Source: Candidatus Eiseniibacteriota bacterium (GTDB taxonomy: Bacteria; Eisenbacteria; RBG-16-71-46; JABDJR01). Taken from it: DNA of 64,000 bases. The notes below the pieces were generated by a model that did not search any database, had not been told where the DNA came from, and was given only the letters and a program-made list of their open reading frames with translations. The DNA is taken from NCBI GenBank assembly GCA_963783375.1, contig CAWANH010000028.1:1-64000 (forward strand), in the 5' to 3' direction. Of this stretch, positions 21,056 to 29,475 are shown piece after piece (position 1 is the stretch's first letter; each line of letters starts with the position of its first letter). Both the position numbers and the translations under genes were made by a program.

Positions 21056-22927
21056 TCACAACCCGTACTGTTCCCGCAGAGCCGACTCCTCCTTGGATCG
21101 TTGCTCATCGGTAAGCGCTGCGCCGTAGGCCTTGAACTCGGCCAGGTACACGCTCACGCTGGCCTGGGGGAATCCGGTCTCGTCGCTCGCCCCCAGAACC
21201 GCCCCGGCCAGGGTCGAGAGCGGCGTGGTCAAGGATGGATCCGATGCCTGGAGTGAACCGTTCACGTAGATCGACATGCCCTCGGCCTGCGAGAACCGGA
21301 AGGTCAGGAGCTCGTAGTCCTGCTGGGAGGGGAGCAGGGTCGGCGCGGTCAGGGTGAGGCCGTCCCCGTGCGAGAACAAGACGTGGTTGTCGTCGGCGAA
21401 CCCCAGCTCGAACCCGGTCCCGGGATTGTGGTTCGCGCTCCAGGCGAACCGGACCGGCTTGTTGATCCCGGGCTCGGTCATGTTCCGCACCACCGCGAAC
21501 ACGGTGTAATCGGTGTTCTCGAATCCCTGTCCCTGGAGGCGCAGCATGCCCGAGGAGCTCTTGGCGCTGTACTGCCAGGCCTGAAAGCCCACCGCGCTGC
21601 CCCCTCCGGGGGCGTCGTAGCTGAACCCGCAGTAGGTGAACGCGGTCGGGACGGCGTCGAGCGCCTCGTTCCCGAACTTGTCCTTCCACCGCTTCACCGC
21701 GTTCGCGCCGAGCAACGGGTCCGTCTCCACCCCGAAATCGCCGCTGTACCAGACGATCGGGTTGGGGGAGGTCACCGCCACCGGCTGGCACTCGGTGACA
21801 TCGAACTGGTTGTTCACCTTCACGTAGACCGTCTTGTTGTCCTTGAGCGCGCGCAGGGTATAGGAGAGCGGACGCCCGGTCCGGATGTCGCCGCCGGTGG
21901 TGAGGAAGTCGCGCACCGCCCCGTAGTCCCCGTTGAAGGTGGCCAGGGCCTTGCTCTGGTCGCCGCCCATGGCGAACACCTGGATGGTGGTGTTCTTGAG
22001 CTCCTTCACGTACTTGGCTCCGCCGGAGATCGAACCGCCGGCCACCGCGGCCTCATAGCTGGCCTTGACCGAGGCGGCCAACGCCTCACGGGACGCCTCG
22101 GATTCGATCAGCAGGTAGAAGATCCGCCCGTAGGTCACCGAGGAGATGTAGGTGGCCGGATTCCCCGGCCCCACGTAGCGCTCCAGGTCCGAAGGCGTCA
22201 CCTCCGGCGCGAACACCTCGTCCAGGGACGTCGGCCGGTCGAAGGACATCGTGTAGTAGATCTGGTCGAGCCGCACCAGCCAGCGGTGCAGCGAGGAACT
22301 CTGCGAGAACTTCACGCTGGCGTCGAACTTGGACGAGATCGTCTTGACGTTCACGTTCAGGTAGGCGGCGAACTGGTCCCTCGACTCCACCTCCTGGGAG
22401 TGATAGGTGAAGTTCGCCGCGCCGATGCCGTTGTTGCTGGCGATGATGTCGTTCATGGCCTGCCGGATCGCGCCCTGGGTCATCTCGGGCACGGTGACCG
22501 CCACGTTCTTGGACCCGTTGATGAGGTCGATGGAGATCGTGCCCGGCGCCCGCTTCACGTCGATGGGATCCGGGGTCGCGTTGGAGATCGACGCCCCCTG
22601 GATCAGCGCGCCGGGGTAGATGACCTCGGCGTTGGGATCGAGGGTGGCGTAGTCGGTGGGCGCGCTCTGGCGCTCGACGGTCCTGGTGGAGCAGAGCCAC
22701 CGGGTCCCGTCGCCGTCCACGTAGTCGCTCGAGTCCTTCACCGTCTCGTGCTCGTAGGTGTCCACCGGGGCGAAATCGCCCCCGGCGTCGAGCACGTCCT
22801 GGTACTCGCCGTTCGAGATCTTGGGCGCGGTGGGCCCGCTCTTCCCGCAGGCGGCGACCAGGAACAGGAGCCCGATCAGGAAGGCCGCCGAGGCGGCGTG
22901 CAAACGGAGGTGCATGGGGATGCGCAT
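21056..22927 (-). CDS. Cholesterol-dependent-cytolysin-like (thiol-activated cytolysin family) lipoprotein with C-terminal LamG/ConA-like domain
   Basis: Lipobox LVAAC; VIYPGALIQG, ISIDL, QIYYT, YISSVTYGR, PLSYTLR; tail SIYVNG..LAEFKAYGAALT. Confidence 0.8.
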   Translation of the reverse strand: MRIPMHLRLHAASAAFLIGLLFLVAACGKSGPTAPKISNGEYQDVLDAGGDFAPVDTYEHETVKDSSDYVDGDGTRWLCSTRTVERQSAPTDYATLDPNAEVIYPGALIQGASISNATPDPIDVKRAPGTISIDLINGSKNVAVTVPEMTQGAIRQAMNDIIASNNGIGAANFTYHSQEVESRDQFAAYLNVNVKTISSKFDASVKFSQSSSLHRWLVRLDQIYYTMSFDRPTSLDEVFAPEVTPSDLERYVGPGNPATYISSVTYGRIFYLLIESEASREALAASVKASYEAAVAGGSISGGAKYVKELKNTTIQVFAMGGDQSKALATFNGDYGAVRDFLTTGGDIRTGRPLSYTLRALKDNKTVYVKVNNQFDVTECQPVAVTSPNPIVWYSGDFGVETDPLLGANAVKRWKDKFGNEALDAVPTAFTYCGFSYDAPGGGSAVGFQAWQYSAKSSSGMLRLQGQGFENTDYTVFAVVRNMTEPGINKPVRFAWSANHNPGTGFELGFADDNHVLFSHGDGLTLTAPTLLPSQQDYELLTFRFSQAEGMSIYVNGSLQASDPSLTTPLSTLAGAVLGASDETGFPQASVSVYLAEFKAYGAALTDEQRSKEESALREQYGL

Positions 22928-23247
22928 GACATGGTTCTCCAGGGGTTCGCGCGAGACCGGGCGTGGGGGCACGGTCTCCCGGCGGGGGTTGGGATGCTTC
23001 ACCCTGTAATGCGGATTCCGGGCCCGGGATACGCAACCGGTCGGCACCTCCCCGTCGACTCTTCCACAACCGACTATCCGACAAAGTGTTGCGGGCACCG
23101 GAAGCCGGCCTCGAATTCCCCGGTCCGTTCCCGAGATACGGTTTGATTCCCGGGGTCCCGGGGACCGTCCCGTCCGCCGGGTTTCCTGGGGCCCGGAGGA
23201 CGCTGCGGATGCCCGCGCTATCCCGAGCGGGGGGGGGCGGGGCGCCG

Positions 23248-23340
23248 GTCACGGATTGGCGGGGCCACGACACGCACTCCACCGAGCGCTCGTACGCCCG
23301 GATCATGGATTTCTTCGCCGAGCACCTCACCGGGGATTGA
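23248..23340 (+). pseudogene. Possible C-terminal remnant of an alpha/beta hydrolase
   Basis: RGHDTHSTERSYARIMDFFAEHLTGD* resembles the post-catalytic-His helix of S9/dienelactone-type hydrolases; no coherent upstream coding sequence. Confidence 0.35.
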
Positions 23341-23416
23341 CGGGAGCCTCCGGACCCGGGAAGCTTTTTCATTCGTCCCGCATCCCGGTTCGCCATCGGT
23401 CAGGAGGAATCCCCAC

Positions 23417-24190
23417 ATGAATCGCGCTTCATCCGTCTTGGCGGCGTCCGTCGCCCTCGTCGCCTTCGCCGTTCTCTTCCCTGCCCCAGGGGCCCGGTCC
23501 CAGGATCGTCAGCAGGAAGAGGAGAAGGCCAAGAACCTGAAGGTCCTCCCCCCGGACATCCCCCATGACCAGCTCATCTCCATCATGCGGAACTTCAGCA
23601 TGTCCCTCGGCGTCCGCTGCAGCTACTGCCACGTGGAGAAGCAGGACGGGGGACGCCCCGAGCTGGACTTCGCCGCCGACGACAAGGACACCAAGAAGAC
23701 CGCCCGGCTGATGCTCCAGATGACCCATGCCGTGAACACGGACTGGGTCACCAAGGTCGGAACCCCGCCGGCCAAGACGGTGGAGGTGCGCTGCATGACC
23801 TGCCACCGGGGACTTCCCCGCCCGGTCCTCCTCGCCGACGTGCTCTCGGACAGCCTGGCCGCGGGAGGGGCGGGATCCGCGACCGCCGCGTACAAGGAAC
23901 TCCGGAGCGCGTACTACGGGAGCGGCTCCTACGACTTCAGCGAGGGCTCGCTGATCTCCTTCGCCCGCGATCTGGCGGCGAAGGACCAATCCGAGGCGGC
24001 GGTGAAGATGCTGGAGCTGAACCTCGAGTTCTTCCCCGAATCCGGGAACACCTACCAGATCCTGGGCATGGTGTACGCCGGGATGGGAGAGAAGGACGCC
24101 GCGGTGGACGCATTGGGGAAGGCGCTGAAGCTCGATCCGAACAACCCGCGCCTGAAGCAGATGCTGGACCGGATCAAGAACGGGAACTGA
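23417..24190 (+). CDS. Exported di-heme c-type cytochrome (PufC-like half) with C-terminal TPR
   Basis: Signal peptide; KNLKVL, M..SLGVRCSYCHV, ARLMLQMT, CMTCHRG; TPR ALKLDPNN. Confidence 0.85.
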   Translation: MNRASSVLAASVALVAFAVLFPAPGARSQDRQQEEEKAKNLKVLPPDIPHDQLISIMRNFSMSLGVRCSYCHVEKQDGGRPELDFAADDKDTKKTARLMLQMTHAVNTDWVTKVGTPPAKTVEVRCMTCHRGLPRPVLLADVLSDSLAAGGAGSATAAYKELRSAYYGSGSYDFSEGSLISFARDLAAKDQSEAAVKMLELNLEFFPESGNTYQILGMVYAGMGEKDAAVDALGKALKLDPNNPRLKQMLDRIKNGN

Positions 24191-24193
24191 CCC

Positions 24194-24229
24194 CCGGAGG
24201 GGACTCCGGGCCTCTCTCCGGCTTTATTT
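24194..24229 (+). terminator. Putative intrinsic terminator
   Basis: ccggag...ctccgg stem followed by ctttattt just after the cytochrome stop. Confidence 0.55.
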
Positions 24230-24452
24230 CTGCGGCTTGGCCGATGGAACCGGCCCGCCGTCCCGGGCTCGCCCATGCCGGTCCCGGCAATTCGGACCGA
24301 ACAACTCGCATTTACGACGCCGCCATAATTTCCAAGCCGGCCTTCAATTATGCTCCGGATGGCGAAAAACACTGGAAACCAAGGGCCCGATAGGGTATTC
24401 GCAGAGGGGCGGAGATCCCCCTCCGCGGTCCGCATTTCCCTTGGAGTCGACG

Positions 24453-26360
24453 ATGCGCCACACGACCGAACCGGGACCCCTCGGAGCGCCGATCGGATGG
24501 GCCCTGGTGATCTCCGCGATTCTCGTTCTCCCGACCCCCGCCTCCGCCCGGACCGTGACCCTGGAGAACGCTCCGGTGGTGTGCGTTTCCTCGGAGCAGA
24601 GGATCGAGGTCGATGGGTCGGGGAACAAGGCGGTGCGCCGCGAGCGGACCCTCTACGCGGTGCGCGAGACCGGGGAGTTGGCCGACGGTCTGCGAAGCCA
24701 GGGCGTGATTTCCTCCTACGAAGACCACCCCGTCCGGGTGGAACTCCGGGTCTGGAACGCGGACGGCGAGCGGCTGGTGAAGACACTGGCCGATTTCACC
24801 GACATCCCCTTCCTGGCCGACGGCTCGTTCGTTTCCGACACCCGCTACTTCGGCTACCGGCTTCCGCCCCTGGAATCCGGCGATTCGCTCCTCGTCACCA
24901 CCGAGACCCGAATCGAGCCGTTTCTGGGGTTTCCGCTCCATACCTTCGGCGCATACGGGGTCCCGCTGCTCGAAGCGATCTACGAGGTGCGGATCCCCGC
25001 GAAGCTCGACCCGCGATACCGGATCTGGAACGGCCTTGCCGCACCGGACTCGAGCGCGGACGGCGACAAGACGGTGTGGACCTGGAAGGTGGAGGCGCTT
25101 CTCCCCCCCGAAAGCGAGCGACTGGCCCCTCCCCCTGCCGATGTCCTTCCCACCGTGAGCATCGGGGTGAGCCGCACCGCCTGGGGACCTTCCGACACCT
25201 GGGAGGCGGTGGGCCGGAGCTACTGGGAGCAGGCGCGGGCGCAGTTCCGGGCGGTGGCGGCCACATCGCTTCCCCCGCGCCGTGACGCCGAGGAACTCTC
25301 ACCCCTCGAGTTCGCCCTGGAGCAGGTGCAGCAGAACGTCCGCTACGTTGCCATCGAGCTCGGGCCCGGAGGGAGAATCCCCCACGACTCCGAGCAGGTC
25401 CTCCGCCGGCGATACGGCGACTGCAAGGACATGGCCACCCTCCTCCTCTCCATGCTGGGAACGCGGGACGTGACCGGGAGCATTGCCCTCGTCCAGACCC
25501 GTCCCCCGGCGGGGCTTCGCATCGATCCCCTTCCCACCTTCGAATACTTCAACCACGCGGTGGCGTGCGTGGACCGGAACGGCGCCGACCTCTGGTTGGA
25601 CGCCACCGATACCTACGGCACGATCCGGAACCCCCGACGGGACATCCAGGGAGCTCCGACCCTGGTGGTGACCGGTGAGCATCCCGGCTATCGCCGGATC
25701 TTCCGGAACCCGGCGACGTCGAACCGCTTCACCGACTCGGTGGTGCTCACCGAGACCGCGAGCGGAAGGTGGCGGGCCGACGTCGCGCTGGTCTATTCCG
25801 GCGTCCTGGCCGAGCAGATGTCCCGGAATCTGGACCGGGAGGGAGGCCCGAAGAAGTCGGTGGCGCGCTGGCTGGAGACCCAGGAATTCCACCCGACCGG
25901 CGAGGTCCCCCACGAGGCCATCCACGTCGAGACCCCCGCCCCGGATTCCCTGCTCGTGGTCTTCCACACGGCGGTGGAGAGGCCCCTCACCGCGCGGGTG
26001 GGCGGCGCGACCTTCTTCCCGGTCTGGGAGCGGGATCCCTACCCCTTCGCGGTGTTCCGGGAGCGCGATCGGACCACCGACGTCTACTGGCCCGACCTGG
26101 AGGTACTCTCCGACACCCTGGTGGTGCGTCCCCGGAGCTTCGCCTTCACCGCTCGCGCCGACACGTCGGGGAGCGCCGAGGTCTCAGGCTTCGGTTTCGC
26201 GTTCCGCGAAACGTTGGGGCCGGACGAGCTCCGGTTGGCCCGGACCGCCACCCTGGCCAAGCCGGCCCTTCCGGTGAAGGACTGGGGCGACGCCCGAGCG
26301 GAACGGGAGCTCGCGCTCCGCCTCGGTTCGCGCACCTACGATCTGGAGGTGAAGCGATGA
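24453..26360 (+). CDS. DUF3857 plus transglutaminase-like exported protein
   Basis: VRYVAIELG, RRYGDCKDMATL (Cys), FNHAV (His), WLDAT (Asp) triad. Confidence 0.85.
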   Translation: MRHTTEPGPLGAPIGWALVISAILVLPTPASARTVTLENAPVVCVSSEQRIEVDGSGNKAVRRERTLYAVRETGELADGLRSQGVISSYEDHPVRVELRVWNADGERLVKTLADFTDIPFLADGSFVSDTRYFGYRLPPLESGDSLLVTTETRIEPFLGFPLHTFGAYGVPLLEAIYEVRIPAKLDPRYRIWNGLAAPDSSADGDKTVWTWKVEALLPPESERLAPPPADVLPTVSIGVSRTAWGPSDTWEAVGRSYWEQARAQFRAVAATSLPPRRDAEELSPLEFALEQVQQNVRYVAIELGPGGRIPHDSEQVLRRRYGDCKDMATLLLSMLGTRDVTGSIALVQTRPPAGLRIDPLPTFEYFNHAVACVDRNGADLWLDATDTYGTIRNPRRDIQGAPTLVVTGEHPGYRRIFRNPATSNRFTDSVVLTETASGRWRADVALVYSGVLAEQMSRNLDREGGPKKSVARWLETQEFHPTGEVPHEAIHVETPAPDSLLVVFHTAVERPLTARVGGATFFPVWERDPYPFAVFRERDRTTDVYWPDLEVLSDTLVVRPRSFAFTARADTSGSAEVSGFGFAFRETLGPDELRLARTATLAKPALPVKDWGDARAERELALRLGSRTYDLEVKR

Positions 26361-28246
26361 CCCGCGCGCCGGGTATCCTTGGACCGGTCCTGGTCTTCCT
26401 GCTCACGTCCGCCGCCGCCGCTCTCGCCGGGAACGCGCCCCCGTACACGGCCTACGAATCCCACTGGGACGAGCTCGAGGCCAAGTACGCGGACACCTCC
26501 CCCGCAGTCATGCTGGATCACACCATCCGGGTCGAGATCCTGATCCCGAGCATGGGTTCCTGGAAGACCAGGACCACCGAGACCATGGTCGTGGCGGTGT
26601 TCGACCTCCAGAAGGCCAAGAACGAGCTGGACCAGACCTTCAACGTCCCCCCCTCGGCCAAGGTCAAGACCCTGGAAGCCTGGTCCCACGAGCTGGGCGC
26701 CGAGGGGGTCACCTGGTCCGAGTCCAAGGACATCTACGAGATCAAGACCTTCGGCTCGTGGAAGCAGAAACGGATCTCCATTCCCGGCCTGAGCTCGCAA
26801 GGGGTGTGCGGCATCACCTTCGAGACCCAGGGGGAGGGCTTCGGGATGGGAGGCGGGAACTTCCTGGGCCGGCTCCCCCTGGTGAAGGGCGAACTCGACT
26901 ACCACGGCCCTTCCCTGGATGGGTTCAACGTCCTCACCCGCGGCACGGTGGAGAGGATCGATGCCGCGGATCTCCCCTCGGACGTGGACCTGGCCTGGCG
27001 GATCCACGACGTTCCGGCCCGTCCCATGGACCCCCTGGCCCTGGCGCGCGACCTTCCCGCGGCCGAGATCTGGATCCTGAATCCCAGGGTCGTCTGGTCG
27101 ACATGGGTCAAGACCTATGCGGAGCGGGTCGACGAGCTCGAGCCGCCCGCCGCGACCCTCGCCGCGGCCCGCGACAGCCTCGCCGGCCGGCCCCCCGAGG
27201 AGATCGTGGAAGCCATCTCCAGGGCCCTGGACGACCCCAAGCGCCTGCGGGTCTACGACGACGGCCGCTCCGGGCTCGCCTCCACCTTCGACCTCGCAGA
27301 CGTGGTCCGGAACCGGGAGGGAACCTCCTTCGACAAGGCGGTCCTCGCCCACAAGCTCCTCGACGACCTGGGGGTCGAGAACCGCCTCCTCTTGGCCGCC
27401 TCCGCGTACCGGACGGACCTGGACTGGAGGATCTGCTACCCCACCTATCTGGACGCCGCGCTGCTCTGGATCCCGGCGGTGTCGGAGAAGTTCGTGTGGG
27501 ACGTGGGATCGCGAGCGGCGACCTGGGGGTATCCGGGCCCCGATCTCTACCCGGAGATGCTGGTGATCGATCCGGACCTGATCGATCCCTTCATGACCTT
27601 CCCGAGGGACCACGGCCTGATCCAGGAGGACCGCACCACCGTCTGGACGGTGAGCGGAGACGGCTCCATGGCCGGGACCGTGGAGGACCGGTTCGATAGC
27701 TGGCCCACGGTGAGCGGCCTCGATCCCTGGCAGAAGGGCCAGGACCTGGAGGCGATGCTCGAGGCGGAGTGTCCGTACGGCGTGCGCGTACACGACGTGG
27801 CCTGGACCGCGCGCAACCCCGAGATTCCCCGCTGCACCCCCGAGGCGCCGGCGGTCCTCTCCGGCCGGGTGGAGGCCGAGGCGCTCCCCCGCGGGGAATC
27901 CGCCTGGGAGGTGAAGCCGCTCATCTGGCCGCTGCCGGACTACCTCACCCGGGCCGCCGGCAAGGAGAGAAAGCTTCCGGTGTCTCTCGACCGCCGGGTG
28001 GAGATCGCGGACTCGGCGGTGGTCCGGCTCGACGGCCTGACCGCGGTGGAGGTTCCCCGCACCTCCCGCGTGCAGAACGACACCGGGGCCTTCGAGTGCC
28101 GCTGGGAGGATGACGGCGACCGGGTGATCGTCCGCCGCAAGCTCTGGCTTCCCGCCGGACGCCGCTCCGGGGGCGGGGTCGACGACCTCGTCGCCCTGGT
28201 CCAGGCCTGGAACGACTCCCGCTCCCTGGCCGTGGTGGTAGAGTGA
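26357..28246 (+). CDS. DUF3857/transglutaminase-fold partner, probably catalytically inactive
   Basis: Signal peptide; REGTSFDKA replaces GDCKD; similar architecture; ATGA overlap. Confidence 0.65.
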   Translation: MTRAPGILGPVLVFLLTSAAAALAGNAPPYTAYESHWDELEAKYADTSPAVMLDHTIRVEILIPSMGSWKTRTTETMVVAVFDLQKAKNELDQTFNVPPSAKVKTLEAWSHELGAEGVTWSESKDIYEIKTFGSWKQKRISIPGLSSQGVCGITFETQGEGFGMGGGNFLGRLPLVKGELDYHGPSLDGFNVLTRGTVERIDAADLPSDVDLAWRIHDVPARPMDPLALARDLPAAEIWILNPRVVWSTWVKTYAERVDELEPPAATLAAARDSLAGRPPEEIVEAISRALDDPKRLRVYDDGRSGLASTFDLADVVRNREGTSFDKAVLAHKLLDDLGVENRLLLAASAYRTDLDWRICYPTYLDAALLWIPAVSEKFVWDVGSRAATWGYPGPDLYPEMLVIDPDLIDPFMTFPRDHGLIQEDRTTVWTVSGDGSMAGTVEDRFDSWPTVSGLDPWQKGQDLEAMLEAECPYGVRVHDVAWTARNPEIPRCTPEAPAVLSGRVEAEALPRGESAWEVKPLIWPLPDYLTRAAGKERKLPVSLDRRVEIADSAVVRLDGLTAVEVPRTSRVQNDTGAFECRWEDDGDRVIVRRKLWLPAGRRSGGGVDDLVALVQAWNDSRSLAVVVE

Positions 28247-28788
28247 CGCGAATGGACCGCCAACGCCTCGACCACGGCCTGGTCGAGGTCTACACCGGGG
28301 ACGGGAAGGGAAAGACCACCGCGGCGGTGGGGCTCGGCCTTCGCGCCGCCGGGCACGGGCTTCGGGTGGTGATGATCCAGTTCATGAAGGGGGACCCGGA
28401 GTACGGAGAACTCAAGGCCCTGGCCGCGATCCCCGGTTTCACCTGGCGGCAGTGGGGCCTCCCCACGTTCGTGAAGTGGCGGGAACCGGATCCGGAGGAC
28501 CTCCGGCTGGCCGGAGAGGGTCTGGCCGAGGCGGCGCGAATCCTCGACGAGGACGAGCACGACGTGGTCATCCTGGACGAGATCCTCTGCGCGGTGGACT
28601 ACGGGCTCTTCGAAGTGGACCGGGTGCTGGAGCTCATCGACCGGAAACCCGGGCGGGTCGAGCTGGTGCTGACCGGCCGCGGGGCGCCTCCCGAGGTGAT
28701 CGCCCGCGCCGATCTGGTGAGCGAGGTGCGCGAGATAAAACACCCCTTCACCCGCGGTATCCAGGCCCGAACGGGCATCGAACACTGA
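28243..28788 (+). CDS. cobO: Cob(I)alamin adenosyltransferase (CobA/CobO/BtuR)
   Basis: VYTGDGKGKTTAA, QFMKG, ILDE, VLTGR, KHPF..GIE. Confidence 0.93.
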   Translation: MTRMDRQRLDHGLVEVYTGDGKGKTTAAVGLGLRAAGHGLRVVMIQFMKGDPEYGELKALAAIPGFTWRQWGLPTFVKWREPDPEDLRLAGEGLAEAARILDEDEHDVVILDEILCAVDYGLFEVDRVLELIDRKPGRVELVLTGRGAPPEVIARADLVSEVREIKHPFTRGIQARTGIEH

Positions 28789-28887
28789 TCCGCCGGCCGC
28801 GGCGGGTGGGGGCCCCTCGGTTCTCCCCCCCGCCCGTGTGTTAACGTTTTTCCGGTCCCTATCCACTTCGATCCGCCCGGGAGGCCC

Positions 28888-29475
28888 ATGGATCCCCCTG
28901 CGCGCTCCGAGATCACCGGCATCCTCCTCGATCTCTCCGATGAGACCCGTTCCGCCCCGGCGCGGACGGAACAGCTCTTCGCGCTCATCTACGACGAGCT
29001 CCGCCGGATCGCCGCCGGTCTCCTCCGCCGGGAGCGGCCCGAACACACCCTCCAGCCCACCGCCCTGGTCCACGAGGCGTATCTCAAGCTGGTGGACCAG
29101 ACCCGGATCCGCTGGCAGGACCGGGCTCACTTCCTGGGGATCGCCGCCCGCGCCATGCGACAGATCCTGGTGGACCACGCCCGGGGCCGCGCCGCGAAGA
29201 AGCGCGGCGGAGGAAGGCAGCGGGTAACCCTGGACGAGGGGCTCCTCGCCGAAGAGGGAAAGGAGCTGGAGCTCCTCGCCCTGGACGACGCCATGACCCG
29301 CCTGGCCGGGTTCGACGAGCGGGCGGCCCGGGTGGTGGAGCTTCGGATCTTCGGCGGCCTCACCGTGACCGAGATCGCCCTGGTTCTGGGGGTGTCCAAA
29401 CGCACGGTGGACGGCGACTGGTCGGTGGCCCGCATGTGGCTCGCCCGCGAACTCCGCCCCGAGGCCCCGGCGTGA
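28888..29475 (+). CDS. ECF sigma factor (TIGR02999-type)
   Basis: YDELRRIA, HTLQPTALVHEAYLKL, AMRQILVDHAR..KRGG. Confidence 0.92.
   Translation: MDPPARSEITGILLDLSDETRSAPARTEQLFALIYDELRRIAAGLLRRERPEHTLQPTALVHEAYLKLVDQTRIRWQDRAHFLGIAARAMRQILVDHARGRAAKKRGGGRQRVTLDEGLLAEEGKELELLALDDAMTRLAGFDERAARVVELRIFGGLTVTEIALVLGVSKRTVDGDWSVARMWLARELRPEAPA

Noticed and set aside
28100-28243. Cobalamin riboswitch before cobO
   Set aside because: cobO overlaps the upstream gene, leaving no leader, and no B12-box is visible
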